From positions 32,001 to 96,000 of the forward strand of contig CAWCUS010000002.1 in assembly GCA_963798845.1 (NCBI GenBank): a DNA stretch of 64,000 bases, read 5' to 3'. This document shows, piece after piece, positions 9,769 through 20,052 of this stretch. The notes below the pieces were generated by a model. The model searched no databases. It had not been told where the DNA came from and saw only the letters and a program-made list of their open reading frames with translations. Origin of the DNA: an uncultured Gemmatimonadales bacterium (GTDB taxonomy: Bacteria > Gemmatimonadota > Gemmatimonadetes > Longimicrobiales > RSA9). Numbering within the stretch: the stretch's first letter is position 1; every line of letters begins with the position of its first letter. Both the position numbers and the translations under genes were made by a program.

Positions 9769-12700
9769 ATGCCCGCCAAGCCGAAGACCCCGAAAGCTCC
9801 TTTGAAGCCCGATGTTGCCCCGGACGATCCGTTCTGGTACAAGGACGCGATCATCTACGAAGTGCACGTGCGGGCGTTCTTCGACACGAATGGCGACGGA
9901 ATCGGCGACTTCCGGGGTCTGACGGAAAAGCTGGATTATCTGGAGGACCTGGGGGTGACGGCGCTCTGGCTGTTGCCGTTCTACCCGTCGCCGTGGTTCG
10001 ATGACGGCTACGACATTGCGGACTACACGGACGTACACGGTGCGTACGGCACGGTCGGGGATTTCCGGCGGTTCCTGAAGGAGGCGCACAAGCGGGGGAT
10101 CCGGGTGATCACGGAGCTGGTGATCAACCACACATCGGACCAGCACCCGTGGTTCCAGCGGGCGAGGCGGTCGAAGAAGGGATCGAGCCACCGAAACTTC
10201 TACGTGTGGAGCGACTCGCCCGAGAAGTACAGGGACGCGCGGATCATCTTTCAGGATTTCGAGGCGAGCAACTGGAGCTGGGACCCGATCGCGGACCAGT
10301 ACTACTGGCACCGCTTCTACGCCAAGCAGCCGGACCTGAACTACGACAACCCGGCCGTGCACCGGGAGGTGTTCAGGGCCATGGACTTCTGGTGGAAGAT
10401 GGGGGTGGACGGGATGCGGCTGGACGCCATCCCGTACCTGTACGAGCGGGAAGGGACGAACTGCGAGAACCTGCCCGAGAGTCACCAGCTCCTGAAGTCG
10501 CTGCGCGCGCGCATCGAGGAGCGCTACGGCAACCGGATGCTGCTGGCGGAAGCGAACCAGTGGCCGGAAGACGCCGTGGAGTACTTCGGCGACGGCGACG
10601 AGTGCCACATGTCGTTCCATTTCCCCGTCATGCCGCGGCTGTTCATGTCTGTCCAGATGGAGGATCGATTCCCGATCCTGGACATCCTGGACCAGACGCC
10701 AGCGATCCCGGACAACGCGCAGTGGGCTGTGTTTCTGCGCAACCACGACGAGCTGACGCTGGAGATGGTGACGGACGAGGAGCGCGACTACATGTACCGG
10801 ATGTACGCCCAGGACCCGCAGATGCGGATCAACCTGGGGATCCGGCGCCGCCTCGCCCCGCTGCTCGGGAACAACCGTCGCAAGTTCGAGCTGCTGAACG
10901 GGCTGCTCATGTCGCTGCCCGGCACGCCGGTGCTGTACTACGGCGATGAGATCGGGATGGGCGACAACGTCTACCTGGGCGATCGGAACGGCGTGCGGAC
11001 ACCGATGCAGTGGAGCGGCGATCGCAACGCAGGCTTCAGCCGTGCCAACCCCCAGAAGCTGTACCTGCCGGTGATCACCGATCCGGAGTACCACTTCGAG
11101 GCGGTGAACGTGGAAGCGCAGCAGAACAACCCCAGCTCGCTGCTCTGGTGGATGCGCCGGCTGATCGCGCTGCGGAAGCGGTTCAAGGCGTTCAGTCGGG
11201 GGAGGATCGAGTTCCTGCAGCCGGAGAACCGGAAGGTGCTGGTGTTCGTCCGGCACTTCGAGGATGAACACGTCCTCGTGGTGGCGAACCTGTCGCGCTT
11301 CACGCAGGCGGTGGAGCTGGACCTCTCGGAGCACGAAGGGCGTGTGCCGGTGGAGCTGTTCGGGCACACCGGGTTCCCCCGCATCGGAGAGCTGCCGTAC
11401 TTCCTGACCCTGGGGCCGCACACGTTCTACTGGTTCCAGCTGACGCCGGAACGGAGCGGCGAGCAGCCGAGCGAGGAGCTGGGGCTGCGCCCCGATTGGC
11501 CAGTGCTCGCGCCCGCGGATGGGGACTGGCGCTCGCTGGTGGCGGGCGACGAGCGGGAAGCGCTGGAGCAGGTGCTCCCGGCGTATCTACGCCCCCGTCG
11601 CTGGTTCGGCGGGAAGGCCAGGAAGATCCGGAGCGCCGAGGTGGTGGAGGCGCTGGATGCCAGCAACCACGAGCTGACCGCGTACCTGCTGCTGGTCCGC
11701 GTCAACTACATGCAGGGGGACGCGGAGACCTACGTGCTCCCGGTTGCGCGGGCGGAAGGGCGGGGCGCCACCAGGCTGGAGAAGGAGCATTCGCACTCGG
11801 TGATCGCGCGGCTGGCCGGCACCGCGGGGAAAGACGGCGGAGTTCACCACGCGGTGCTGTTCGACGCCACGGCGGAGCCGGCGTTCGCGCAGGAGCTGCT
11901 GCGCGTGATGGCCACGCGGCGGAAGCTGCGTGGCGAGAAGGGCGAGGTGGTGGGCGCGCTGGTGAAGGAGTTCCGGGACCGGCGTCGGTCGGATCCGGAG
12001 TCGCTGAAGCCGCAGCTGATGAAAGTGGAGCAGAGCAACACCTCGCTCATGTACGGGTCGGAGCTGTTCCTGAAGCTGTTCCGGAAGGTGGATCCCGGCG
12101 TGAACCCGGATCTCGAGATCGCGCAGCAGCTGGTGCGGAAGGGGTTTGTGCACACCCCCCCGGTGGTGGGGGAGCTGTCGTACGTGCAGGGGAAAGCGTC
12201 TTCGACCGTGGCCGTGCTGAAGCGCTACGTGGCCAACGAGGGGGACGCGTGGTCGTACACGCTCGATGCTCTCAGCGGCTTCTTCGAGCGGGCGCGCAGC
12301 ACCGAAGCGAAGCCGGAGCGGCTGGCGCTGGACGTGGACGGGATGCTGGAGCGCGCTGCCGCGGAAGAGCCGCCGGAGCTGGCCAAGATGCTCATGGGCT
12401 CGTACCTGGAATCGGCCAGGACGATCGGCAACCGTACGGCCGAGATGCATCGAGCGCTGGCCGAGGGGATCGACCGCAAGGAGTTCGCGCCCGAGCCGTT
12501 CAGCGCGCTGTACCAGAGGTCGCTCTACCAGTCGATGCGCAACCTGACGGGGCGGACCCTGCAGACGCTCGAACGCGAGGTCCGGGCACTTCCGGAGTCG
12601 GTCAGGAGCGACGCCGCTTCGGTCCTGGAGCGCCGGGGCGAGATCCTGACGCGCATGGGGGCGCTGGTGGGCGAGAAGATGGAGGCGCAGAGGATCCGGA

Positions 12701-13173
12701 CCCACGGCGACTATCACCTCGGGCAGGTCCTCTACACCGGTCGCGACTTCATCATCATCGACTTCGAGGGCGAGCCCGCGCGACCGCTCACGGAGAGGCG
12801 GCTGAAGCGGTCACCGCTTTCCGACGTGGCCGGGATGCTCCGCTCGTTCCACTACGCCGCGTACACGGCGCTGGCGGACGACGAGGCCCGTGGCGCGGCG
12901 CGGGCGGGGGACCGGAAGAAGGCGGAACGGTGGGTGCGATTCTGGGCCGGCTGGGCGAGCGCGGCGTTCCTCCGAGCCTATCTGCGGGAGGCGAGATCCG
13001 GCGAGAACGGGGCGCCGTTCCTCCCCACGCGGAAGGACCAGCTGCGCACGCTCCTGGAGGCGCACCTGCTGGAGAAAGCGGTGTACGAGCTGGGCTACGA
13101 GCTGAACAACCGGCCCGACTGGGCGCGGGTCCCGATCCTCGGAATCCGGCAGCTGCTGAACGGAAAGGCGTAA
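9769..13173 (+). CDS. treS: trehalose synthase / maltokinase fusion (TreS-Mak)
   Basis: WYKDAIIYEVHVRAF, GMRLDAIPYL, LLAEANQW, FLRNHDELTLE, then maltokinase domain EQSNTS, RTHGDYHLGQVL, IIDFEGEP, YELNNRPDW. Confidence 0.96.
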   Translation: MPAKPKTPKAPLKPDVAPDDPFWYKDAIIYEVHVRAFFDTNGDGIGDFRGLTEKLDYLEDLGVTALWLLPFYPSPWFDDGYDIADYTDVHGAYGTVGDFRRFLKEAHKRGIRVITELVINHTSDQHPWFQRARRSKKGSSHRNFYVWSDSPEKYRDARIIFQDFEASNWSWDPIADQYYWHRFYAKQPDLNYDNPAVHREVFRAMDFWWKMGVDGMRLDAIPYLYEREGTNCENLPESHQLLKSLRARIEERYGNRMLLAEANQWPEDAVEYFGDGDECHMSFHFPVMPRLFMSVQMEDRFPILDILDQTPAIPDNAQWAVFLRNHDELTLEMVTDEERDYMYRMYAQDPQMRINLGIRRRLAPLLGNNRRKFELLNGLLMSLPGTPVLYYGDEIGMGDNVYLGDRNGVRTPMQWSGDRNAGFSRANPQKLYLPVITDPEYHFEAVNVEAQQNNPSSLLWWMRRLIALRKRFKAFSRGRIEFLQPENRKVLVFVRHFEDEHVLVVANLSRFTQAVELDLSEHEGRVPVELFGHTGFPRIGELPYFLTLGPHTFYWFQLTPERSGEQPSEELGLRPDWPVLAPADGDWRSLVAGDEREALEQVLPAYLRPRRWFGGKARKIRSAEVVEALDASNHELTAYLLLVRVNYMQGDAETYVLPVARAEGRGATRLEKEHSHSVIARLAGTAGKDGGVHHAVLFDATAEPAFAQELLRVMATRRKLRGEKGEVVGALVKEFRDRRRSDPESLKPQLMKVEQSNTSLMYGSELFLKLFRKVDPGVNPDLEIAQQLVRKGFVHTPPVVGELSYVQGKASSTVAVLKRYVANEGDAWSYTLDALSGFFERARSTEAKPERLALDVDGMLERAAAEEPPELAKMLMGSYLESARTIGNRTAEMHRALAEGIDRKEFAPEPFSALYQRSLYQSMRNLTGRTLQTLEREVRALPESVRSDAASVLERRGEILTRMGALVGEKMEAQRIRTHGDYHLGQVLYTGRDFIIIDFEGEPARPLTERRLKRSPLSDVAGMLRSFHYAAYTALADDEARGAARAGDRKKAERWVRFWAGWASAAFLRAYLREARSGENGAPFLPTRKDQLRTLLEAHLLEKAVYELGYELNNRPDWARVPILGIRQLLNGKA

Positions 13174-15284
13174 TGGCGGCCCTGAAGGGATTGTACGCCC
13201 TGGCGCGGCTGCACGGCATCCAGACCGCCTACCGGGAAAATGGCGGCCGGCGAGTCGGCGCCTCACCGGAGTCTCTGCTCGCCGCACTGGCCGCACTGCG
13301 GGTCCCCGTCCGCGACGCGGCGGATGTCGCGCGCCTCCTGCGACACGGGGAGCGCATGCGCTGGGAGCGGGCCCTCGAGCCCGTGGCCGTGGCGTGGGAG
13401 GAGCGCGCCTCCTCCTTCGGTGTCCGGCTGCGGGGCTCATCCGGCGTCCGGCTGCACGTCACCGTCGCGCTCGAGGGCGGGGGTGAGCGGTCGTGGTCGG
13501 CGGAAGCGGCGACGCTGGACGTTCTCGACTCCGCGGTGGTCGATGGGGTCGCCTTCACCCGCATCCGGGTCGGTCTTCCCGACCTCCCGTATGGCTACCA
13601 CGACCTGCACGTTGAAGTGCGAGATCCGACGCGTCCGCCCGCGCGGCATCGGGCGCTGCTGATCTCGGCGCCCATGAGGGCCGCGGGTTGGGAGTCGCTG
13701 GGCGAGCGGCGCGCCTGGGGCGTCTTCGCTCCGCTGTACGCGCTGTGGGAAACGGCCGGGCCACCGTCGTTCTCGCTCCTGGATCGGCTGGCAGAGGAGG
13801 TGGCGCGGCTGGGCGGCTCGGTGGTGGGCACGCTGCCGCTGCTCGCCGCGTTCCTGGACCGGCCGTACGAGCCGAGCCCGTACTCGCCTGTGAGCCGACT
13901 CTTCTGGAACGAGGTGTACGCGACGGCTGAGGGGGAGGGCGCCGCCGCCGCCCCGGTATCCGCCTCGCCATCGGCGACCGGGGGCGGGGCCGATGAGCCC
14001 GCGATGTCCGGCACCGGAAGCGCGGCAGGCGCCGGACGCCCGGGCAGTTTCGACCCCCGCGCCGCGCTGGCGAGGAAGCGGCCGGCGGTGGAGCGGCTCG
14101 CCAACCGGCTGTTCGCGGCGGCAGACGGGTGGCCGGCGGAGCTGGCGTCGTTCCGGGCGAGGAACCCGGCGGTGGAGGACTACGCGCGCTTCCGTGCGCT
14201 GACGGAGCAGCGGGGTCCGTGGCGCAGGTGGCCCGATCGGATGCGGGCGAGGGATGTCCGGGCGGGCGACTACCCGGAGCAGGCGGCGCGCTACCATGCG
14301 TGCGCGCAGTGGCTGGCGGAGCGCCAGCTCGCGGAGGCACGAGAATCCGCAGAGGCCCGGGGAGTCTCGCTGTACCTCGACCTCCCGCTCGGCGTCCACC
14401 CCGACGGCTACGACGTCTGGCGTCACCGCGCGGTCTTCGCCACGGGCGCCGCCGCGGGCGCACCGCCGGACCCCCTGGCCGCGGGAGGCCAGAACTGGGG
14501 ATTCCCGCCGCTGCACCCGGAAGCGAGCCGGCTGGACGGGCACGCGTATTTCATCGCTTCGATCCGGAAACACCTCCGCTTCGCCCGCGTGCTGAGGATC
14601 GACCACGTGATGCAGCTCCACCGGATGTTCTGGGTGCCGGACGGGGTGGACGCGGCGCGCGGCGTGTACGTGCGCTACCCCGCCGAGGAGCTGTACGCGA
14701 TTCTCTGTCTCGAGTCGCACCGGGCGGGGACGGTGATCGTGGGTGAGGACCTGGGGACCGTGCCGCAGGAGGTACGGCGGGCCATGCGCCGGCATGGCCT
14801 GCCGGGGATGTGGGTCGCGGAGTTCGAGATGACCGAGACGGAGAAAGGGGCGCTCGAGCCGAGCAGGGTCCCCGCGCGGGTCCTGGCATTGGTGGACACG
14901 CACGACACCCCGACGTTCGGCGGGTGGTGGTCGGGGCGTGACGCGGAGATCCGGCGCGACGCGGGGCTGATGTCGGCGGAGGACGCGGCGGTGGAAGTGG
15001 CGGGACGGGCGGAGCTGCGCCGGAAGCTGGCGCGGGGAGCAGGCGTGTCGGGGGCCGGAGAAGTCCACGCGGAGCTGCTGCGCCGGATGGGACGCTCGTC
15101 GGCCGGATTGGTCCTTGCGACAATGGAGGATCTCTGGCAGGAGACGGAGCCGCAGAACGTGCCGGGCACCACGCTGGAGTCGAACTGGTCGCGGCGGTCG
15201 CGTCGTCCGCTCCGGGCGCTGCGCGACCCGGTGGTGTCAGAGCAGCTGAGAGGGTTGAACCAGGCGAGAGAAGGCAACGGATGA
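13173..15284 (+). CDS. malQ: 4-alpha-glucanotransferase (GH77)
   Basis: ATG overlaps the treS stop (TAATG); [20 protein letters not shown]...[34 protein letters not shown]. Confidence 0.93.
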   Translation: MAALKGLYALARLHGIQTAYRENGGRRVGASPESLLAALAALRVPVRDAADVARLLRHGERMRWERALEPVAVAWEERASSFGVRLRGSSGVRLHVTVALEGGGERSWSAEAATLDVLDSAVVDGVAFTRIRVGLPDLPYGYHDLHVEVRDPTRPPARHRALLISAPMRAAGWESLGERRAWGVFAPLYALWETAGPPSFSLLDRLAEEVARLGGSVVGTLPLLAAFLDRPYEPSPYSPVSRLFWNEVYATAEGEGAAAAPVSASPSATGGGADEPAMSGTGSAAGAGRPGSFDPRAALARKRPAVERLANRLFAAADGWPAELASFRARNPAVEDYARFRALTEQRGPWRRWPDRMRARDVRAGDYPEQAARYHACAQWLAERQLAEARESAEARGVSLYLDLPLGVHPDGYDVWRHRAVFATGAAAGAPPDPLAAGGQNWGFPPLHPEASRLDGHAYFIASIRKHLRFARVLRIDHVMQLHRMFWVPDGVDAARGVYVRYPAEELYAILCLESHRAGTVIVGEDLGTVPQEVRRAMRRHGLPGMWVAEFEMTETEKGALEPSRVPARVLALVDTHDTPTFGGWWSGRDAEIRRDAGLMSAEDAAVEVAGRAELRRKLARGAGVSGAGEVHAELLRRMGRSSAGLVLATMEDLWQETEPQNVPGTTLESNWSRRSRRPLRALRDPVVSEQLRGLNQAREGNG

Positions 15285-17167
15285 GTGAATCGGCAACGCT
15301 GACGGAATACGACCGCTACCTTTTCAACGAGGGGAGCCATCAGGCCGTGTACGAGCGCCTCGGTGCGCACCCGGAGGCGGACGGGACGCGCTTCGCGGTC
15401 TGGGCCCCATCGGCGGAGGCGGTGAGCGTCATCGGGGACTTCAACGACTGGGACAAGACCGCGACGCCGCTGGAGCCTCAGGGCTCGTCCGGGATCTGGA
15501 CCGGGCGGGTGCCCGGCGTGGAACGGGGTGCGATCTACAAGTATCACATCCGCTCGCGCCGTGCCGGGTACCGCGTGGACAAGGCGGACCCGGTAGGGTT
15601 CCACCAGGAAACGCCACCGAAGACGGGGTCGGTGGTGTGGGATCTGGCTTACGATTGGGGAGACGAGGAATGGCTGGCGGGGCGCGGCGAGCGGAACCGC
15701 CTGGACTCGCCGATCTCGATCTACGAAGTGCACCTGGGATCGTGGATGCGGCCGCCGGACCGGGAGTTCAACACGTACCGGGAGATGGCGCCTCGCCTGG
15801 CGGAGTACGTGCGCGACGCCGGCTTCACGCACGTGGAGCTGCTCCCGATCATGGAGCACCCGTTCTACGGGTCGTGGGGGTACCAGACCACCGGGTACTT
15901 CGCGCCAACGAGCCGCTACGGCACGCCGCAGGACTTCATGTACCTGGTGGACCACCTGCACCAGGCGGGGATCGGCGTGATCCTGGACTGGGTCCCCAGC
16001 CACTTCCCGAACGACGAGCACGGGCTGGCCTACTTCGACGGCACGCACCTCTTCGAGCACTCCGACCCCCGGAAGGGGTACCACCCCGACTGGAAGTCCG
16101 GGATCTTCAATTACGGCCGGAACGAAGTGCGCAGCTTCCTGATCAGCAGCGCCATGTTCTGGCTCGACCGATACCACGTGGATGGGCTGCGTGTGGACGC
16201 GGTCGCCTCCATGCTCTACCTCGACTACTCGAGGCAGGAAGGGGAGTGGATCCCCAACCAGCACGGAGGGCGTGAGAACCTGGAAGCGATCTCCTTCCTG
16301 CGACAGCTGAACAGGGCGGTGTACGAGCGCTTTCCGGACGTACAGACGTTCGCGGAGGAGTCCACCGCATGGCCGATGGTGTCGCGCCCGCCGGAGATCG
16401 GCGGGCTCGGCTTCGGGCTGAAGTGGGACATGGGGTGGATGCACGACACGCTCGAGTACATGGCCCGCGACCCGGTCCACCGCGTGCACCACCACGACGA
16501 GATCACGTTCCGGGCCGTGTACATGTTCACGGAGAACTACACCCTGCCGCTGTCACACGACGAAGTGGTCTACGGGAAAGGGTCGCTGATCGGCAAGATG
16601 CCCGGCGACGCCTGGCAAAAGCGGGCCAACCTGCGAACGCTCCTGGCGTACATGTACGGCCAACCGGGCAAGAAGCTGCTGTTCATGGGGGGCGAGTTCG
16701 GCCAGTGGGGGGAATGGGCGCACGAGCACGAACTGGAATGGGGGCTGCTCGAGCAGCCGGAGCACCGGGGTCTGCTCAAGCTCACCTCCGCCCTCAACAC
16801 CCTGTACCGCGAGCGACCGGAGCTGTACGAGAAGGATACCGTGCCGGAAGGGTACGAATGGGTGATCGGCGACGACCGCGCCAACAGCGTCCTCGCCTTC
16901 CTCCGGCGCGGCCACGACCGGGGCAGCGCCGTGCTCTGCGTATACAACTTCACCCCCGTCCCCCGCGACGAATACCGCGTCGGCGTCCCGTTCGCGGGGA
17001 CGTGGGACGTGCTGCTGGACTCCGACGCCGAGCAGTTCGGCGGGAGCGGGTACGCCGCATCGCAGGAAACGGTGGAGACCGACGAAGAGCCGGCGCACGG
17101 GCGGGAGCAGTCGCTCTCGCTGGTGCTGCCGCCGCTGGCAGCGGTGTTCCTGGCGCCGCGGCGGTAG
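15281..17167 (+). CDS. glgB: 1,4-alpha-glucan branching enzyme
   Basis: [46 protein letters not shown] overlap with malQ. Confidence 0.97.
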   Translation: MSESATLTEYDRYLFNEGSHQAVYERLGAHPEADGTRFAVWAPSAEAVSVIGDFNDWDKTATPLEPQGSSGIWTGRVPGVERGAIYKYHIRSRRAGYRVDKADPVGFHQETPPKTGSVVWDLAYDWGDEEWLAGRGERNRLDSPISIYEVHLGSWMRPPDREFNTYREMAPRLAEYVRDAGFTHVELLPIMEHPFYGSWGYQTTGYFAPTSRYGTPQDFMYLVDHLHQAGIGVILDWVPSHFPNDEHGLAYFDGTHLFEHSDPRKGYHPDWKSGIFNYGRNEVRSFLISSAMFWLDRYHVDGLRVDAVASMLYLDYSRQEGEWIPNQHGGRENLEAISFLRQLNRAVYERFPDVQTFAEESTAWPMVSRPPEIGGLGFGLKWDMGWMHDTLEYMARDPVHRVHHHDEITFRAVYMFTENYTLPLSHDEVVYGKGSLIGKMPGDAWQKRANLRTLLAYMYGQPGKKLLFMGGEFGQWGEWAHEHELEWGLLEQPEHRGLLKLTSALNTLYRERPELYEKDTVPEGYEWVIGDDRANSVLAFLRRGHDRGSAVLCVYNFTPVPRDEYRVGVPFAGTWDVLLDSDAEQFGGSGYAASQETVETDEEPAHGREQSLSLVLPPLAAVFLAPRR

Positions 17168-17287
17168 GCGCCGGGCCACGCCGCTTCGAATCCGGCTCCG
17201 CCGGGCGGCGCCGGGACGCGCCGCTTCGAATCCGGCTCCGCCGGGCGGCGCGGGACGCGCCGCTTCGAAAGCGAGCGGAGCGAGCGT
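17168..17287 (+). repeat. about 2.5 tandem copies of a 39-40 bp GC-rich unit plus GCGAGCGGAGCGAGCG tail
   Basis: CCGCTTCGAATCCGGCTCCGCCGGGCGGCG(C)CGGGACGCG at 17181-17220 and 17221-17259, partial third copy at 17260-17269; no spacers. Confidence 0.85.
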
Positions 17288-17347
17288 GCGTGGCTCACCT
17301 GGCGCGAGGACATCAACCTGCCTGGGCCTTTCCAGGCGCAAGGACAC

Positions 17348-19951
17348 ATGAACGACCAGAAACCCCGTTACCTCTGCATCCACGGGCACTTCTATCAGCC
17401 GCCCCGCGAGAACCCGTGGCTGGAGGCGATCGAGCGCCAGGACTCGGCGTTCCCGTACCACGACTGGAACGCCCGCATCGACGCTGAGTGCTACGGCCCG
17501 AACGCGGTGTCCCGGATCCTGGACGACATGGGCAGGATCCGGGAGCTGGTGAACAACTACGAGCGCATCAGCTTCAACTTCGGGCCCACGCTCCTGCACT
17601 GGATGGAGGACCACGCACCGGCGACGTACCAGGCCGTGCTGGACGCCGATGAGCGCAGCATCGAGCGGTTCAGCGGCCACGGCTCCGCGCTGGCGCAGGT
17701 CTACAACCATGTCATCATGCCTCTCGCGAACGGCCGCGACCGGCGCACGGAGGTGATCTGGGGGATCCGCGACTTCCAGCACCGGTTCGGGCGGAGGCCG
17801 GAGGGGATGTGGCTGGCGGAGACGGCCGCGGACATCCCGACGCTGGAGGCCCTCGCGGAGCACGGGATCCGCTTCACCATCCTGGCGCCGCACCAGGCGG
17901 CGGCGGTCCGCCCGCTGGCGAGAGCCGCGGCGGCGAGCGGAGCCGGCGTGCCCTCGGAGTCAGGGCCGTATGCGCCATCGAAGGGTGGCGACAATGGGGC
18001 GGGAGGGGATGGGAGCAGTCCCGAAGGGGAGTACCTGAACGACGCCGCTGGGGCCGGTGCCCCCCAGGGTGGGGATGCCGCGAGCGAAGCTCCGTGGCAG
18101 GATGTGACGGGGGCGAGGATCGACCCCACCCGCGCGTACCTTTGCCGTCTGCCCAGTGGTCGGGAGATCACGCTCTTCTTCTACGACGGTCCGGTCTCCC
18201 GCGCAGTGGCGTTCGAAGGGCTCCTCCGCAGCGGTGAGACCTTTGCTTCACGGCTGATGGAGATGTTCCAGCCGGATCGCGACTGGCCGCAGCTCGGGCA
18301 CATCGCCACCGATGGGGAGACTTACGGCCACCACCACCGGTACGGGGACATGGCGCTCGCCCGCGCGCTCCAGGCGATCGAGCAGCGCCGGGACGTCCAG
18401 CTGACGAATTACGGAGAGTACCTCGAGCGGCATCCGCCCGTGCACGAGGTTCGGATCCTGGAGTCGACGTCCTGGAGCTGCTCGCACGGGGTGGACCGAT
18501 GGAGAGCGAACTGCGGCTGCAACACGGGCGGGCGCCCGGAGTGGACGCAGGAGTGGCGCGGTCCGCTGCGCGACGCGCTGGACTGGCTGCGGGACGAGCT
18601 CGCGCCGCGCTATGAAGCGGCTGCGTCGGAGCTGGTGGAGGATCCGTGGGCGGCGAGGGACGACTACATCAATGTCATCCTGGATCGGGAGCCGGAGGTG
18701 ATCGACGCCTTCCTCGAGAAGCACGCGTCGCGGGACCTGGACTTCCTCGAGCGTGTCCGGCTGACGAAGCTGCTGGAGCTCCAGCGTCACGCGCTTCTCA
18801 TGTACACCAGCTGCGGTTGGTTCTTCGATGAGCTTTCGGGGATCGAGACGGTGCAGGTGATCGAGTACGCCGCGCGGGTGCTCCAGCTGGCGGAGGATGC
18901 GCTGGAGTACCGGGTGGAAGAGCCGTTCCTCCAGGAGATGCAGGACGCGGTCTCCAACATTCCCGAGCAGGAGAACGGCCGAGCGATCTATGACAGGTCG
19001 GTGCGCGGTTCGCGCGTGGACCTCTCGGAGGTGGGTGCGCACTTCGCCATCTCGTCGCTGTTCGGCGACGCCGCGGAGCAGACCCGGGAGTACTGCTACG
19101 ACATCGACGTGGCGGACGTGGACCAGCAACAGGCAGGGCGCGCGCGCCTCGCCACGGGGCTGATCACCGTGACCTCGCGGGTGACCAAGGAGGTGGCAGT
19201 CCTCAGCTACGGCGTGCTGCATCTGGGCGACCACACCATCCACGCGGGCGTCCGCCCCTTCATCGACGCCAACGCCTTCGACGCCATGCGGGAGGAAGTG
19301 ACGGCGCCGTTCGAGGCGGCGGAGTTCACGGAGACGATCCAGACTCTGGACCGTCACTTCCACAATTCGACCTACAATCTCCGCTCGCTCTTCCAGGACC
19401 AGCGGCGGCAGGTGCTCGATCAGATCATCCAGTCGACGCTGGGCGACGCGGAAGGGGCGTACCGCCAGGTCTACGAGCGCAACGCGCCGCTGATGCGGTT
19501 CCTGCACGACCTTTCCATCCCGATGCCGGCCGCCCTTTCACTGGCCGGTGAGTACGTGATCAACACGAGCCTGCTCCGGGAGGTCTCGAGCGTGGACATG
19601 GACGCAGACCGCGTCCGCTCGCTGCTTCGCGACGCCCGCCGCCGGGAGATCATGCTGGACCGGGAGGGGATCGGGTTCGCGCTCCAGGGCACACTGGAGC
19701 GTATGGCGCTCGAGCTGCTGGCGGAGCCGGACGAGCTGCCGCTGCTGGAGCGGCTGGAAGCCGCGACGCTCCTTGTGAAGGAGTCGCCGTTCGACGTCAA
19801 TCTGTGGACCCTGCAGAACGCGCTCTACGACCTGCGGCGCGACCACTCCGGATCCGTGCGGGCGAACGCGGACGCGGGTGACGCGCGGGCGAAGCGCTGG
19901 CTGACGCATTTCCGCCCGCTTGTCGAAGCGGTGGGCGTGGCGTTCCCCTAG
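17348..19951 (+). CDS. GH57 glycoside hydrolase with DUF3536 domain
   Basis: IHGHFYQPPRENPW, GMWLAET, ATDGETYGHH, SWSCSHGV, LMYTSCGWFFDE. Confidence 0.92.
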   Translation: MNDQKPRYLCIHGHFYQPPRENPWLEAIERQDSAFPYHDWNARIDAECYGPNAVSRILDDMGRIRELVNNYERISFNFGPTLLHWMEDHAPATYQAVLDADERSIERFSGHGSALAQVYNHVIMPLANGRDRRTEVIWGIRDFQHRFGRRPEGMWLAETAADIPTLEALAEHGIRFTILAPHQAAAVRPLARAAAASGAGVPSESGPYAPSKGGDNGAGGDGSSPEGEYLNDAAGAGAPQGGDAASEAPWQDVTGARIDPTRAYLCRLPSGREITLFFYDGPVSRAVAFEGLLRSGETFASRLMEMFQPDRDWPQLGHIATDGETYGHHHRYGDMALARALQAIEQRRDVQLTNYGEYLERHPPVHEVRILESTSWSCSHGVDRWRANCGCNTGGRPEWTQEWRGPLRDALDWLRDELAPRYEAAASELVEDPWAARDDYINVILDREPEVIDAFLEKHASRDLDFLERVRLTKLLELQRHALLMYTSCGWFFDELSGIETVQVIEYAARVLQLAEDALEYRVEEPFLQEMQDAVSNIPEQENGRAIYDRSVRGSRVDLSEVGAHFAISSLFGDAAEQTREYCYDIDVADVDQQQAGRARLATGLITVTSRVTKEVAVLSYGVLHLGDHTIHAGVRPFIDANAFDAMREEVTAPFEAAEFTETIQTLDRHFHNSTYNLRSLFQDQRRQVLDQIIQSTLGDAEGAYRQVYERNAPLMRFLHDLSIPMPAALSLAGEYVINTSLLREVSSVDMDADRVRSLLRDARRREIMLDREGIGFALQGTLERMALELLAEPDELPLLERLEAATLLVKESPFDVNLWTLQNALYDLRRDHSGSVRANADAGDARAKRWLTHFRPLVEAVGVAFP

Positions 19952-20052
19952 GGGCCGCGCTCACCGTTTGGCTCTCGCGAGGCCCCGCGCGCCCCCTGGC
20001 CGCCCAGGGCCCCCCGGGCCCCCGGGCCCCCCGACGCCCCCTGGGCCTCCGC

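Noticed and set aside
11496..13172. 1262-aa ORF as one protein
   Set aside because: The first 559 codons are an off-frame shadow over treS; MalQ starts at ATG 13173.
17168..17287. CRISPR array
   Set aside because: Repeat units are contiguous with no unique spacers, and there are no cas genes in the window.
19977..20050. CCCCGGG-type short repeats as a functional element or ORF
   Set aside because: Low-complexity tract between convergent genes; no further evidence of function.
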